From Nemertoderma westbladi (Eukaryota; Animalia; Xenacoelomorpha), in NCBI GenBank assembly GCA_032718475.1, contig JAUCBJ010002273.1, positions 62,001-126,000 of the forward strand: 64,000 nt of DNA, in the 5' to 3' direction. Made by a program: the position numbers and the translations under genes. The notes under the pieces are model-generated. The model worked only from the letters and a program-made list of their open reading frames with translations. It was not told where the DNA came from and searched no databases. Below are positions 1 to 10,798 of this stretch, piece after piece. How positions within the stretch are numbered: position 1 is the stretch's first letter; every line of letters begins with the position of its first letter.

Positions 1-3000
1 TCTCTCGTTAAGATAGGCAGCGATTTCTTCCATTAACGTCCGTAGAAGTTCGTCGGTGAGATATGCGCGGCACGGCACTATAAAGTGAAATGCGGTCTTG
101 ACACTTCGAATTAATCTCTCCCAACTTCCTCCCCACCAAGGGGCGTCGGCGGCGTTAAAGGTCCAGCTAGACGCCGTTATCCGTAGCTGGTCGTCCACCT
201 GTCTTTGATTCCAGTCCTTTACGTAAGCCTGAATTTCGTTGTTGGCACCAATGAAGTTTGTTCCCTTATCGGATCTCATCGTATTGCTAGTGCCGAAACG
301 AGCGATCTGTCGTCGTAAACATAAGACGAAGCTGTTAGTAGATAGATCGTTCACCATATCGAGATGGATAGCTCTACAAGACATGCAGACAAAGATTACA
401 CACCATCTCTTGATTATAGTTCTAGCACGATACACTTCAATAGGGCCAAATAAATCCACACCAGTATTAGTAAAGGGTGGTTCATAAAAGCTTACTCGTT
501 CCCTAGGTAATTCTGCCTCTCGCTGTGTTAAAGGCCTACTGAATACTTTCCTACAAGGTATGCAGTTCCTAAGAACTTGATTCAGAGCTCTACGGGGTTT
601 ATCAAAATAATAGCGAGTTCGAATTTCGCTAAGAACTCGTTCTCTTCCAGCATGATAAAGCTTACTGTGAACATCTACAATCATCTTGATTTGTACTTCA
701 AGATTTCTAATGAGTATGGGGAATTTAGTGTCAAAGGATAAGGGTGCATTGGTTAACCTTCCTCCAACACGTATTAATCCATCTATCATTGTGCTAGAGA
801 ATCGATCCCTTAAGCGCATCTGCGGATTTCTCAACAACAGGAAATACCTTTCGGAATCCTCATAGCATTGCAGGAGTCTCAGTATCTGTTTATTAGTCTC
901 TTCATGCTCCTGGTGACTAATTTTCTCCTTTAGAAAACTGTCAGATATCTTATATTTAGGTAAGTTTTTAATAACATGAACTTGTGCAGATGTCAATGGA
1001 GCGTTATCACTGGTGGTCTGCTTCCTGGAGTAATGATGGTGAAAACATCTCTTTAAGTATGTGATGGCTTTACAGAGACGATTCCAGGAACTGTAATGAT
1101 GCAGTGCTCTCTGCAGCAGGGGTGAGATTCCTTGCGAGACATCTGGTATCTCAGATTTCCAATCTCTGTCTCTAATTTCCACGACAGACTTGTTTGTGGC
1201 GAGGGATTGTGGATCCGAAGTATCGTTTTCGGCAGTATGTAATACAGATAGATCGATTGTCGGTTTAAATAACTTCGATTTACTTGTTCGAATTTTGGGT
1301 TTGACTTTCTCCGCTCCCTTGGCTTGTCTAATCTCAGCCGTAGTAAGGTGAGGAGGCCATTCATCCTCTTCCTTGCTCAGGAAGTCGGGTCCACCCAACC
1401 AGTCAGGGGTATCTATCAGTTCCTGTGGAGTTGCTCCTCTGGAGGCGATGTCAGCTGGGTTAATCGTACCAGGGCAATGTCTCCATTGATCTATCGTTGT
1501 GCGACTAAGAATAATGGCCACTCTGTTAGTAACAAAGACGCTGAACTGACAGACTTCATTCGTTATATATTCCAACACAAGTAAAGCGTCGGTCCAATAA
1601 ACAATTTTCTCCAGCGGATAATCGATCTGCTCTGTTACATTCCGGCCGATAGCTGTAGCGTATAAGGCTGCTTTTAACTCCGCCCGAGGAACCTTAAGCT
1701 TGTTGTTAATCAATGCCTTAGAGGTAACCAAGGCAACTTTGATTCCATCCGGAGTTTCGACTCGCAGGTATGCTACTATACCGATTCCCATATCGCTGGC
1801 ATCTCCAAAGACATGGAGTTGATAGGAATACGTAGGGAGAACATGACCAAAATATGAACGAGAAATTATAAAGTTCTCGATGGCGGGTAGCGAGTCCTCC
1901 CATTTCATCCATTTCTTTAATAGTTCTCCCTTGAGTGGATCGTCCCACGAGTGGTTTTCCAGCCACATTTGTTGTACTAAACTCCGAGCAATCAATATAA
2001 CTGGGCTAATAAATCCCAAGGGATCGAAATAAGTGCTCAGAATACTTAAACAAATCCGTTTGGTCCGAACTGGATTATCTCGCTGTTTTAACTGAAAAAA
2101 CAGGATGTCTCTTTCTGTGTCCCACTTCAAGCCAAGCGTCTTGGTTTCCGGAAGATCATCATGTATTAAGTCGAGATCTTTTGATCCCCGGTCTTCTACA
2201 GATATTGCTTCCAGAAACTCACGGGAGTTGCTGGTGAACTTCGTCAATCGAAATCCACCTCTTTTCAAACACTCAACCGTTCCTTTCGCGACATCAATGG
2301 CTTCTTTTACTGATGGAAGGGACTTTAAATTGTCGTCCATGTATATGTCTCGTTTGATGTTATCTATCACCTCTTTGGAGAAGGCGTCCCGGTTGTCATC
2401 CGCAGTGGTACGGACCACTGAGCAGGCGTTTGAAGGGCTTGATATAATCCCAAAAGCCTGGATGGTCATCCAGTACTCTACCGGTTTCTGGTTGAGATCT
2501 CCTTCAGGCCACCACAGGAATCTTAGGCTGTCTCTATCCCGATCCAACGCCTTGACTTGTAGGAACATTCCTTCTATATCGGAGGCGAACGCGATGGAAT
2601 ATTGTCTTAATCTTAACAGTATTCCCAACAAAGATTGGAGCAAGTTGGGTCCTGGTAACAACTCGGAATTAAGGGATTGGCCCATATATAGGGCGGAGCC
2701 ATCAAATACGACCCGTACTTCATGGGGTTTACCGGGTTTGGGAACATAATGATGTGTTAGATAATAAGTCCTTTCAGTTATTGGAGTTCCTTCCGGTACT
2801 CGCTCCGCATATCCCTTTGTGATAAATTTCTTCAACTGAGTTTGGTACATTTCCTTAGCTGAAGCGTTTGCCGTAAGACGTCGATGTAATTGATTGATTC
2901 TTTTCTCAGCCAAGGGTCTGTTATTTATAAATCTGGGTTCACGTTTTCGGAAGGGTAGTCCGATTTCATATCTACCTTGATCTTTTAAAAAACGTGTGGT

Positions 3001-6000
3001 TGTTTCCTGGATTTGCTTGGCTCTTTCTTCTTCTATCGACAGGGCCTTGTCGTATGAATTGGGTTCTACTAATTCTTGGGTAAAGAATCGTACGGCGAGT
3101 TCGTCCCGAGTTCTAGCGTTGTAGCGCTCTACCTCGTCATTAAGTTCATCATTATAAATAATGGATTCCGTTGGGCGAATCAGTTGACATAGGTTCGTTT
3201 GGTTTTTCCAAGTTTGATTCTCTGTAAGTAGGTCAATTGTGTTCTCTTCTTCGAAGAGTTGGTAGATGTTGTCATTATCCGAGGAGTATGGTGTTCCCTC
3301 AGTTAGTTCGTCCACCTCACTGCTTTCCACTTCCCAATCACTTACTTGATATATTTGTTCGTGTGGCATTCTCTCTTCGAGAGTTCTACGGGAAGGGCCA
3401 GTAAAGTACCAACCTACTCTAGTTCTTACCGCATAGGTTTGCAGTGGTTGTGGTTGAGCAGGCCGTTTCTCTAATGTTTCGAGCGCCTCGTGCGCGTTTT
3501 GGCCGATAAGTATTTGCACTCCAGGATAATCTGTCTGGAATCGAGGTATCTTAAGATGTTGGACGCTCTCATCTTCGTCCCAATTATAAAGGTCCGCTTG
3601 AGTAGTAGCAAAGTTCTTTATAGCCACCATTTTTACTGACCTTATACCTTGTGTTCCTAACTTATCCTGGGGGGTGGACAACACACCTACATAGTAATCT
3701 GCCGTTAAGGTAGATTTCCAAACCTGCATAATTCCTGACATATTCAATTTAGTCCGGAACTTGGGTTGTCCAGCAAAGATATCTTCGGCTAGTTCTTGAT
3801 CGATGAATGTTCCTGTGCTGCCGGAGTCCAGGAGGGCGTTCACTATGTAGCTTTTGTTAAGACCGTGAACTCTTACCTGAACTACAGGAAATTCTCTGAT
3901 TCCTACGTTGGAAGCTGGAGCTTTCCAAGATGGTTGTTTGGCGAAAGTAGTTAGGGGAAACTCATTGTGGGTGTCTTTTTCATAAGGAAGTGCTCGATAC
4001 ACGGTGGTGTTGATTAGATAACAGGATTCGTTGGCGTCGGAGAATTCGTCAGTATAGAATCCTTCCATCTCAGACTCTTGATCAGTGTCGTTTACGTCAC
4101 TAAATTGGACATGTAGTTCGGGCTCACTTACCTGACTCTGTCTGTCTCGTTCGAACTCACTATGTAACAAGATGTGATGTTTCGCACCACACTTTTCACA
4201 CTTTATGTCGGAGTAACAGGTTCGCCGTTGGTGTCCTGGTCTGAGGCAATTATAGCATAACCGCTTGTCCCACACAACTGTACGTCTGTCTACAAGGGAT
4301 TTCTTTAGAAATTCCGCACACGCACTCAAACGGTGGGTCCCGTCGCACAGCGCACAGTTAGGTTTTATGTTACTTACTTTACCTTGGGTAGTCTGATGCA
4401 CTCTCGTTCTTTCTTCGGGCTTTCTTCCGCGCATTCTACTAGGAGACTGAGGAGGGGTCTTAGCAATCTGTTCTCTCCTATTGTTGGTTCGAGCCTTGTA
4501 TTTACTTACGTCCTTTGAGGTTTTGTCAACATAATAAGATCGTTCGGTGTCTTTCCCGCTGTCTTCTTCTTGGGAAACTTGGCTTTCGCCATCGTCAGTG
4601 TAACACACAGGTGTTACTCTTCTCCTAGAAGTGGGTTTCTCACTTACCTTATTTTCCGATGTTTTCTCTCTGGACTGCTTGATGAGTTGTAGTTTTACCT
4701 CACCATCTAAGAAAGACATGAGATCAGCCATGGTAGGACTTCGTCGTTGTTGTTCATTCATGTACAACACTTTCTTGTCCCAGCGTGTACATACTCCACC
4801 CTTTGGTAAAGTAGAGACTACGGCTCCAATAACCATGGAACTCTGATATTCATGCGACTTACCTAACCAGTCCAGTTGTCTACAGATCTCTTGAATTTCA
4901 TCGGAAAACTCTATAATCCCGCTACTAAGGAAGTGTCGGGGGGCTACTAATTTTGCATACAAATACTTAGCTATGTTATCCTTGTTACCATACCTGATGT
5001 TTAGTGTATCCCAAACTTGTCTTAATCCATCTGGATGTCCAATAAACTTTAACGCCATTAACTTGGGAGGTCCTTCCAAGCACTTGATGAGGAATCTAAG
5101 TTTCTCTCCGTTAGATAGTACAGAGTTCTGTATGCTATCTTTGTAATATTCGTTGAAAGGTAACCATTTCATCTCATCTCCATTGAATTTGACGATCTCT
5201 CCCACTTTGACCGCTTGGCGGGCTTCTGTTCTAGCCATCTGACGCGTAAAGCTTTCTTGGGCCATCGTGTTATTTAATATCGAATTATCGGTATATAAAT
5301 TTCTCGGATCATTATCAGTTCTATAGGGAATATCATTAATAACAGGTCTATAATCACCCTTAATAGGGTTTGCTATAGGAGTTTCAACTTCACTAGCAGT
5401 ATAGATGCGTGTAGGCTCCACACCTTGCGCATGTAATACTTCAGACCTAACAGGTTGACACAATGTTACAGGGGGTATTGGTATGCCCTTTTGGATATTG
5501 ACTAATTTGTCGCGTTCTAGTGCGATACTTTGCTGCACCTCTTGCAACTCTGCTCTACCTTCCCTCACTGTTCCCTTAAGTTGGTGGACAGTCTCCTGCA
5601 TCTGTCCCAGCAGGAGATTCATCCCCCGCCGTCCCTCTTCCACCCACTCAACCGCCGAAGCGGGAGTCGCCAACATAGTAGCGGGCTGACGCGGGACGAC
5701 GGGAGACAAATTATTGATTTCTCTCTCTGCTATCTGGACAGGGGTATTCTCTTGGACTGTTCCACCGGGTACAGGCAGTGTAGTACTATGTAAAGGGAAT
5801 TTAGAGTTAAGCTCTGGAAGTGCAGGGGTCTCTAGCACAGAAGTGACTTTGGGAACAACAGGCCTAATTATTTCAGGTTCATCGACTATAGTAGGGAGTC
5901 TTTTGACCTGGATAAATTGTTCCATAGGTTCTGCACTACCTAAGTCTGTGCTAGTTAGCTGTCTTTTAACAGCTGGGGGCAAATCAGGCAATTTGCGACG

Positions 6001-7452
6001 GTAAGATGTTTTTCTACGCCTACTTAGATGAGATCTATTTCCTCCGCCTTCAGGATCGGTGGTCTCGCCTTCCTCCGAGGATGTGTATCCCTGGCGCTTG
6101 GGAGTAGATTTTCTCATCATCTGCATTTGATTAGCAGTAAACTGTTTATTTATACTGTCTTGTGTCTCTTGCAGATTTTCCAACTCCAGTTGGGTAGTCT
6201 GCTCAGAGGCTCTCCGTTCTGCTTCTGCCACTGCCTTTGCTGCTTTTCTTTCTGCTTCAGCTTCTGCCATAGCCGCCGCCTTTTGTTCCTCTATCCTTCT
6301 TTTCTTTATTTGTTCTTCTCGGACTCTAGTGAGGCGGAGTTTTTCATCACATTCAGCTTGGTTTGCAGCTAACATTTCGGCATCAATTGAGTCCAACACA
6401 AGCTTGGTTCCTTCACTATTAGGGGAAAGTCCAGACAGCCGTCTCCTCAACTCTTCGTCTCCTAGGAATCGCTGATAGTCGGACAAATAAATGTCGATAG
6501 CGTCTCTAGTTCGCGGTTTCTCGGCGGTCTCTTCGCTTTCCGCTTGAGAAAGGGTGACATCAGTTGGTTCTTCATAGGTCGATCTCTCAGCCAGCTGGGA
6601 TTTCCACTGGGCCGTTTCCTGTACTTTGAGATCTACCCGATGTAACCAAGTTTTGACAGCAACCTGCAGCGACGTGTCCTGTCTTCTTTTGGAAGTTTCC
6701 TCAAAGGCTGAGAGGATTAGTCGAATGCGTAGGGTTCTTTCGCGTATTTGATATAGCAGCTCTTCCTGCTCTTGAGGTCCTTGAGGTTGTCGAAACAGTT
6801 GTTCTTCCAATCGATCCAAGGATCCGAAGAATCCCTGCACATATCCTGCTGCCGACCTCTTCCAAACAGCTGGATCCATTGTATCTTTAGCCACTCCCAT
6901 CCGGTGTATATCTTCCCAAGTAGCCTCGGACAGATCCAACGGGAGTCCGAGTCCGGGAAAGTTCCATTGTGATTCAACAATAGATATCAATTCTTCCCTG
7001 GCGTATCCCGCGTAATTATCTTGGGTCGCTCGCTTATTCCTCGCCCAGTTGGCTTGATGTTCCTCCACCGCAATGAATATAGTAGTTAGCACTGCAGCAG
7101 GAAGGGTAAGAAGGGGGTCCGAGTAGACTGTGTCAGCCATCTGCACTCCATGTTCGGGGGTCAGCTCTACAGTATCCGAACTGCTGGAGCTATCGGGTCG
7201 CTGGGAAGTAGGTTCTTGACCAAGATGTTGCTGCGATAAGACAGCTGCCTCTTGGTTCCGTTTGACCTGTGCCCGAGTGCCTATGATGGACCTATGGTGG
7301 GTTAGCCTAGGGTCTGATACTACTGGAGGGATGACCTTTTTTGCAGTAGGAGGTGAGCTGAACTCCTTTCTTAATCGCTCCACACTCCTATCTGAGTCAC
7401 AGATAGTTGTATCGATCAGACTGTCTGACAGGTTTTGCTGAGTGTCAGACAT
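1..7452 (-). CDS. BEL/Pao Gag-Pol polyprotein, >=2484 aa, 3' partial
   Basis: Hand translation: ATG at 7452 (MSDTQQNLSD...), in-frame stop just upstream at 7459-7461, no stop down to base 1. Motifs: DUF1759-like KFNGDEMKWLPF (~5190) and VWDTLNIRYG (~5000); three Cys/His knuckles CALCDGTHRLSAC, CYNCLRPGHQRRTC, CEKCGAKHHILLH (4160-4356); protease ALLDSGS (~3830); RT VRVVFDGS, LLPGPNLL, SDIEGMFLQV, YMDD (2332-2343), KTLGLKW, FDPLGFISP; RNase H LHVFGDAS, VPRAELKAA, YWTDA, NPADIASRG; integrase IRVGGRL, HAG...CIPC, TGVDLFGP, RAIHLD, SDKGTNFIGA, APWWGGSWERLIRSVK. Confidence 0.96.
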   Translation of the reverse strand, partial: MSDTQQNLSDSLIDTTICDSDRSVERLRKEFSSPPTAKKVIPPVVSDPRLTHHRSIIGTRAQVKRNQEAAVLSQQHLGQEPTSQRPDSSSSSDTVELTPEHGVQMADTVYSDPLLTLPAAVLTTIFIAVEEHQANWARNKRATQDNYAGYAREELISIVESQWNFPGLGLPLDLSEATWEDIHRMGVAKDTMDPAVWKRSAAGYVQGFFGSLDRLEEQLFRQPQGPQEQEELLYQIRERTLRIRLILSAFEETSKRRQDTSLQVAVKTWLHRVDLKVQETAQWKSQLAERSTYEEPTDVTLSQAESEETAEKPRTRDAIDIYLSDYQRFLGDEELRRRLSGLSPNSEGTKLVLDSIDAEMLAANQAECDEKLRLTRVREEQIKKRRIEEQKAAAMAEAEAERKAAKAVAEAERRASEQTTQLELENLQETQDSINKQFTANQMQMMRKSTPKRQGYTSSEEGETTDPEGGGNRSHLSRRRKTSYRRKLPDLPPAVKRQLTSTDLGSAEPMEQFIQVKRLPTIVDEPEIIRPVVPKVTSVLETPALPELNSKFPLHSTTLPVPGGTVQENTPVQIAEREINNLSPVVPRQPATMLATPASAVEWVEEGRRGMNLLLGQMQETVHQLKGTVREGRAELQEVQQSIALERDKLVNIQKGIPIPPVTLCQPVRSEVLHAQGVEPTRIYTASEVETPIANPIKGDYRPVINDIPYRTDNDPRNLYTDNSILNNTMAQESFTRQMARTEARQAVKVGEIVKFNGDEMKWLPFNEYYKDSIQNSVLSNGEKLRFLIKCLEGPPKLMALKFIGHPDGLRQVWDTLNIRYGNKDNIAKYLYAKLVAPRHFLSSGIIEFSDEIQEICRQLDWLGKSHEYQSSMVIGAVVSTLPKGGVCTRWDKKVLYMNEQQRRSPTMADLMSFLDGEVKLQLIKQSREKTSENKVSEKPTSRRRVTPVCYTDDGESQVSQEEDSGKDTERSYYVDKTSKDVSKYKARTNNRREQIAKTPPQSPSRMRGRKPEERTRVHQTTQGKVSNIKPNCALCDGTHRLSACAEFLKKSLVDRRTVVWDKRLCYNCLRPGHQRRTCYSDIKCEKCGAKHHILLHSEFERDRQSQVSEPELHVQFSDVNDTDQESEMEGFYTDEFSDANESCYLINTTVYRALPYEKDTHNEFPLTTFAKQPSWKAPASNVGIREFPVVQVRVHGLNKSYIVNALLDSGSTGTFIDQELAEDIFAGQPKFRTKLNMSGIMQVWKSTLTADYYVGVLSTPQDKLGTQGIRSVKMVAIKNFATTQADLYNWDEDESVQHLKIPRFQTDYPGVQILIGQNAHEALETLEKRPAQPQPLQTYAVRTRVGWYFTGPSRRTLEERMPHEQIYQVSDWEVESSEVDELTEGTPYSSDNDNIYQLFEEENTIDLLTENQTWKNQTNLCQLIRPTESIIYNDELNDEVERYNARTRDELAVRFFTQELVEPNSYDKALSIEEERAKQIQETTTRFLKDQGRYEIGLPFRKREPRFINNRPLAEKRINQLHRRLTANASAKEMYQTQLKKFITKGYAERVPEGTPITERTYYLTHHYVPKPGKPHEVRVVFDGSALYMGQSLNSELLPGPNLLQSLLGILLRLRQYSIAFASDIEGMFLQVKALDRDRDSLRFLWWPEGDLNQKPVEYWMTIQAFGIISSPSNACSVVRTTADDNRDAFSKEVIDNIKRDIYMDDNLKSLPSVKEAIDVAKGTVECLKRGGFRLTKFTSNSREFLEAISVEDRGSKDLDLIHDDLPETKTLGLKWDTERDILFFQLKQRDNPVRTKRICLSILSTYFDPLGFISPVILIARSLVQQMWLENHSWDDPLKGELLKKWMKWEDSLPAIENFIISRSYFGHVLPTYSYQLHVFGDASDMGIGIVAYLRVETPDGIKVALVTSKALINNKLKVPRAELKAALYATAIGRNVTEQIDYPLEKIVYWTDALLVLEYITNEVCQFSVFVTNRVAIILSRTTIDQWRHCPGTINPADIASRGATPQELIDTPDWLGGPDFLSKEEDEWPPHLTTAEIRQAKGAEKVKPKIRTSKSKLFKPTIDLSVLHTAENDTSDPQSLATNKSVVEIRDRDWKSEIPDVSQGISPLLQRALHHYSSWNRLCKAITYLKRCFHHHYSRKQTTSDNAPLTSAQVHVIKNLPKYKISDSFLKEKISHQEHEETNKQILRLLQCYEDSERYFLLLRNPQMRLRDRFSSTMIDGLIRVGGRLTNAPLSFDTKFPILIRNLEVQIKMIVDVHSKLYHAGRERVLSEIRTRYYFDKPRRALNQVLRNCIPCRKVFSRPLTQREAELPRERVSFYEPPFTNTGVDLFGPIEVYRARTIIKRWCVIFVCMSCRAIHLDMVNDLSTNSFVLCLRRQIARFGTSNTMRSDKGTNFIGANNEIQAYVKDWNQRQVDDQLRITASSWTFNAADAPWWGGSWERLIRSVKTAFHFIVPCRAYLTDELLRTLMEEIAAYLNER

Positions 7453-7530
7453 GTTTAGCTATACAGTTGAAGGCTTACCGCTATAGTTACAGTTAAAGCA
7501 AGTCTAGTAATTCAGTATGACCGCTGGCCT

Positions 7531-7804
7531 AGTACCGGTAATTTATTGCAGTATATTAGAATACCGGTATGCACTTATAATATATATAAGTATTGTAAAC
7601 TAGGTTTGTCACAGAGTACCGGTATATAAATTTAGCACAGATATATATAAATATATAATAGGCCTATCGTGAATACCGGTATACAGCTTACACTTATAGT
7701 ATATAAGTATAATTATGAACTAGAATTAATTACAGAGTACCGGTATGATTTCAGCTCAAATTTATAGAAATAAATATAATAAGCCTATGGTAAGTACCGG
7801 TATG
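7531..7804. repeat. Degenerate ~115-120 bp tandem repeat punctuated by TACCGGTA palindromes in the BEL leader
   Basis: TACCGGTA at ~7533, 7562, 7617, 7674, 7738, 7795; blocks ATACCGGTAT...TATATAAGTAT...AACTAG...ACAGAGTACCGGTAT start at 7561 and 7673. Confidence 0.7.
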
Positions 7805-8772
7805 TCAATTATTTTTAGAATAATTGAATTCCTGAATATTTTAGGGTTACTTAGTTACTTTAACTTACTTTATTACCGTTACTTAAGCAGTAGTCCAACT
7901 GATAGTAAGACCTAGTTGCTGTATGACAGGCCTACTATTTATAAATCGTTTGATTTGATTTATAATATTTATATACCCGTTTAAATGGGTTTTTTTTTCA
8001 ATATTTGAAATAAATGTTATTATTTCTGGGGGAGTCACTACACAGAAGCTGAACGCTCTCAGTGAAGTGCTATTTATTTGACACTAAAACTGATAATTCT
8101 AATTTACCTAAGTTACTTAATACTACAAATTACTTACGATACGGGTGAGATTAATTCTCTAATTAAACACAACAAAAATATTACGTACGAAATTTTTAGG
8201 GTAATTTTACAGGAAGTCTACAAACCAGCCTAACAAAGGGTTAGATTTCTGGTTATTACAACGGACAGGGTACTACGGTATTTGAAATAATAAGTAGTAG
8301 TAAATATATATTGCACTGTCCAGATAGGAAAATACCACCGCCTGACGACCTATAACCGTATCGCTATAGGTACTACGTTATGTATCACGGAGTGTTCCTA
8401 CCCAGAAGTTAATAGAGCTAACGAATGTGCCTATCAACCACTTTACAACACAAATATACTGCCTACACTAATTACTTCGGAAAGCACTGTACACTAAACC
8501 CTAAATTAGGTACAAGTACCGGTATAACAAATAATCAGTAGTTAAATATACTTGAACAGTTAAAAGAACCACGGCATCTGCTGGAGTGACCAGAGCACAA
8601 AGTCACCAGTCTTGTCCTACGCCAAGCAGCCCGTGTAGTACCGGGGTTAATTTAACTATAACGGTATGTATAACAAGCACAATTACTGTAGGAATAAACT
8701 TGGGGACATGAATGTTGCGAATAATCGCGTAAACTCTGAATAATAAATATCACGCTACCCGTACAGAATACT

Positions 8773-9318
8773 CAAACAAAATACAAACCAAACGCTGGCA
8801 GACTACTATCAAACCTAAACAAACTACAGTATGTGCAGATTCTGAAACTGTTAGTTAGTATGCGTTCTAACACGGTAGTACGACTTATTCTTTAAGAGGG
8901 GATTGACCTTACAGCATATGGCTGCCCCAACTTACTAATGGCACTTTATCAGACCAACTCTACACACGCAGCAATCCCTTCAGGCCTAAGAATAGCTAGA
9001 CAACAATCCAGCCTACAAAATATCTGAGTAATAACTATTACGGTACCTGAACAGACCACACAAACAAACACAGGCTAAAACACTGGCAGACTACGATCAA
9101 GCCTAAATAAACTACAGTATATGCAGATTCTGAAACAGTTAGTTAGTATGCGTTCTAACACGGTAGTACGACTTATTCTTTAAGAGGGGATTGACCTTAC
9201 CGCATATGGCTGCCCCAACTTACTAACGGCACTTGATCAGACAAACTCTACACACGCCGTAATCTCTCCAAACTCAACAACAGTCAGACAGCAGCTCAGC
9301 CTACAATTATCTGAACAA
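8773..9318. repeat. Two-copy 288-bp tandem duplication in the BEL leader
   Basis: CTGGCAGACTAC...GCAGATTCTGAAAC...CGGTAGTACGACTTATTCTTTAAGAGGGGATTGACCTTAC...CTCTACACACGC starts at 8795 and again at 9083 with only scattered substitutions. Confidence 0.92.
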
Positions 9319-9583
9319 TCTGAGCAGGGTCACACGCCTTCTGCTCAATATTAGCCTACTAGTAAATAAAACTGACAGAAATAGACCTAAGTAAAATCCC
9401 AATAAAAACCAGGCGTCCCCGATTTAATATCGAGACCTACCGGTATACAATAATCAAGATCGAATAATACTAATGTACTTATACAGCAGTACCGGTTAGG
9501 ACAGTTGGGCCTACAGACCTACAGAAATACCGGTTACTACGGTATTTTGCAACCTTATTGCCTACTGAAATAAGATTATAAAC

Positions 9584-10798
9584 TGTTACTGTTCGCGCTT
9601 TTGAAGACCTTTAGCAGTTTAACCTGCCAAATTTTATATGTCTTTTAGTTAATTAAAACACCTTTAGCATACGACAATATTTTATGCTAATACACAAAAC
9701 ATTAGCCGAAGTCAGCCCATGCGCGATCATTCACCCGATGGATCTACACCCGGGAGGCTGAATTCGGATGCTTAAATTTTATTATTGCAGTGTAAGGTTG
9801 CCGTGTAAACTTACTGTATTATTCGATAGATCGTTAATAATTAATTTCTGACAGATATTATTGGCTTTCGGGAAATATTAACAGTTCCTTTAGGACGTGG
9901 CGCTCTATCTATTTAAACAGAACTAGGACTTATACTAAACGCAACGATACTGCTTATGATTAAAGTATAAAGCGCATTCTTTAGGAAATGCTTTGTTACC
10001 AATCACAATCATGCACACTATTCTGCCGACCGTCAGTAAATTTGATCACACATAAAGAGAGCAGCAATTGACTCATGTAGGGTCTGCTAAATAACATTAG
10101 ATTCAATACACACCACATTAATATAAATCGCAATTGTTATATATAGCCCGTCTCTCTAACCTGTAGTGTATCAAGAAAATTGGGAATTTTGGGTGATTTA
10201 TCCGTATTCTCCAAAGAGCAATATTTCCATCAACAAATAGATACAATTAATAACTGACGGTAAATGACAGTACAAACAATATGATTAATAGTGAGTTAAT
10301 TAGATCAGACAAGTCGATTGAGTTAGATTAGTGAGTTAAGGTAACAGTTTATACTTTCGATAATTTAAGCAGTTTTACTAGAGTTATTCCCAAAAAGCCG
10401 GTGTTATGGCGAAAAAATGGGAACACAACAACAGAATCATATAAAATCATATGACTAGAATAACTATACGAGGATACCAACTACCCTTATTCCACGAAGC
10501 CCCGTTCAACACAGAGGATGAGCATAGAGATAGGAAATTCAGTTCAGTAGCGCTGGGATAGGTCGAAATCAACGCCCACTCAAATTCTATTGGCCGACAC
10601 GGACAGCAGTGCAGAGGCAACCTCCCTAAGCTGGCTGGCCGATTAAACTGAGCCCAGATATCTCCATACAGCACATCAGCCAATAAGCTGGTAGCTTGCA
10701 CTATTTTAGTTATAAATCCCTTTGAGAGTATTCTAGCGACTGGGGGGGAACTGGCCAGCAAAGGCAAACGTATCAGTTATCCCACAAAAGCTTTTACA
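9584..10798 (-). repeat. Probable 5' LTR of the BEL element (inner boundary tentative)
   Basis: Minus strand starts TGTAA at 10798, has CCAAT-type boxes (~10590, ~10680), a TATA-like CTATATATAA (~10140), AATAAA (9778-9783) and a candidate end ...GAACAGTAACA at 9584. No canonical TGG primer-binding site was recognised, so the inner end is uncertain. Confidence 0.5.

Larger units (their letters stand above)
1..10798 (-). mobile_element. BEL/Pao LTR retrotransposon, 3' part running off the left edge of the window
   Basis: Single minus-strand polyprotein with domain order Gag-protease-RT-RNaseH-integrase and BEL/Pao signature motifs, followed upstream by a long leader and a sequence beginning TGTAAAAG (minus strand, 10798) where unique sequence changes abruptly into the 21-bp array. 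The right boundary is inferred, since the second LTR is outside the window. Confidence 0.92.

Noticed and set aside
239-6980. Short ORFs listed on both strands over the BEL region
   Set aside because: Antisense or out-of-frame shadows of the continuous gag-pol frame.
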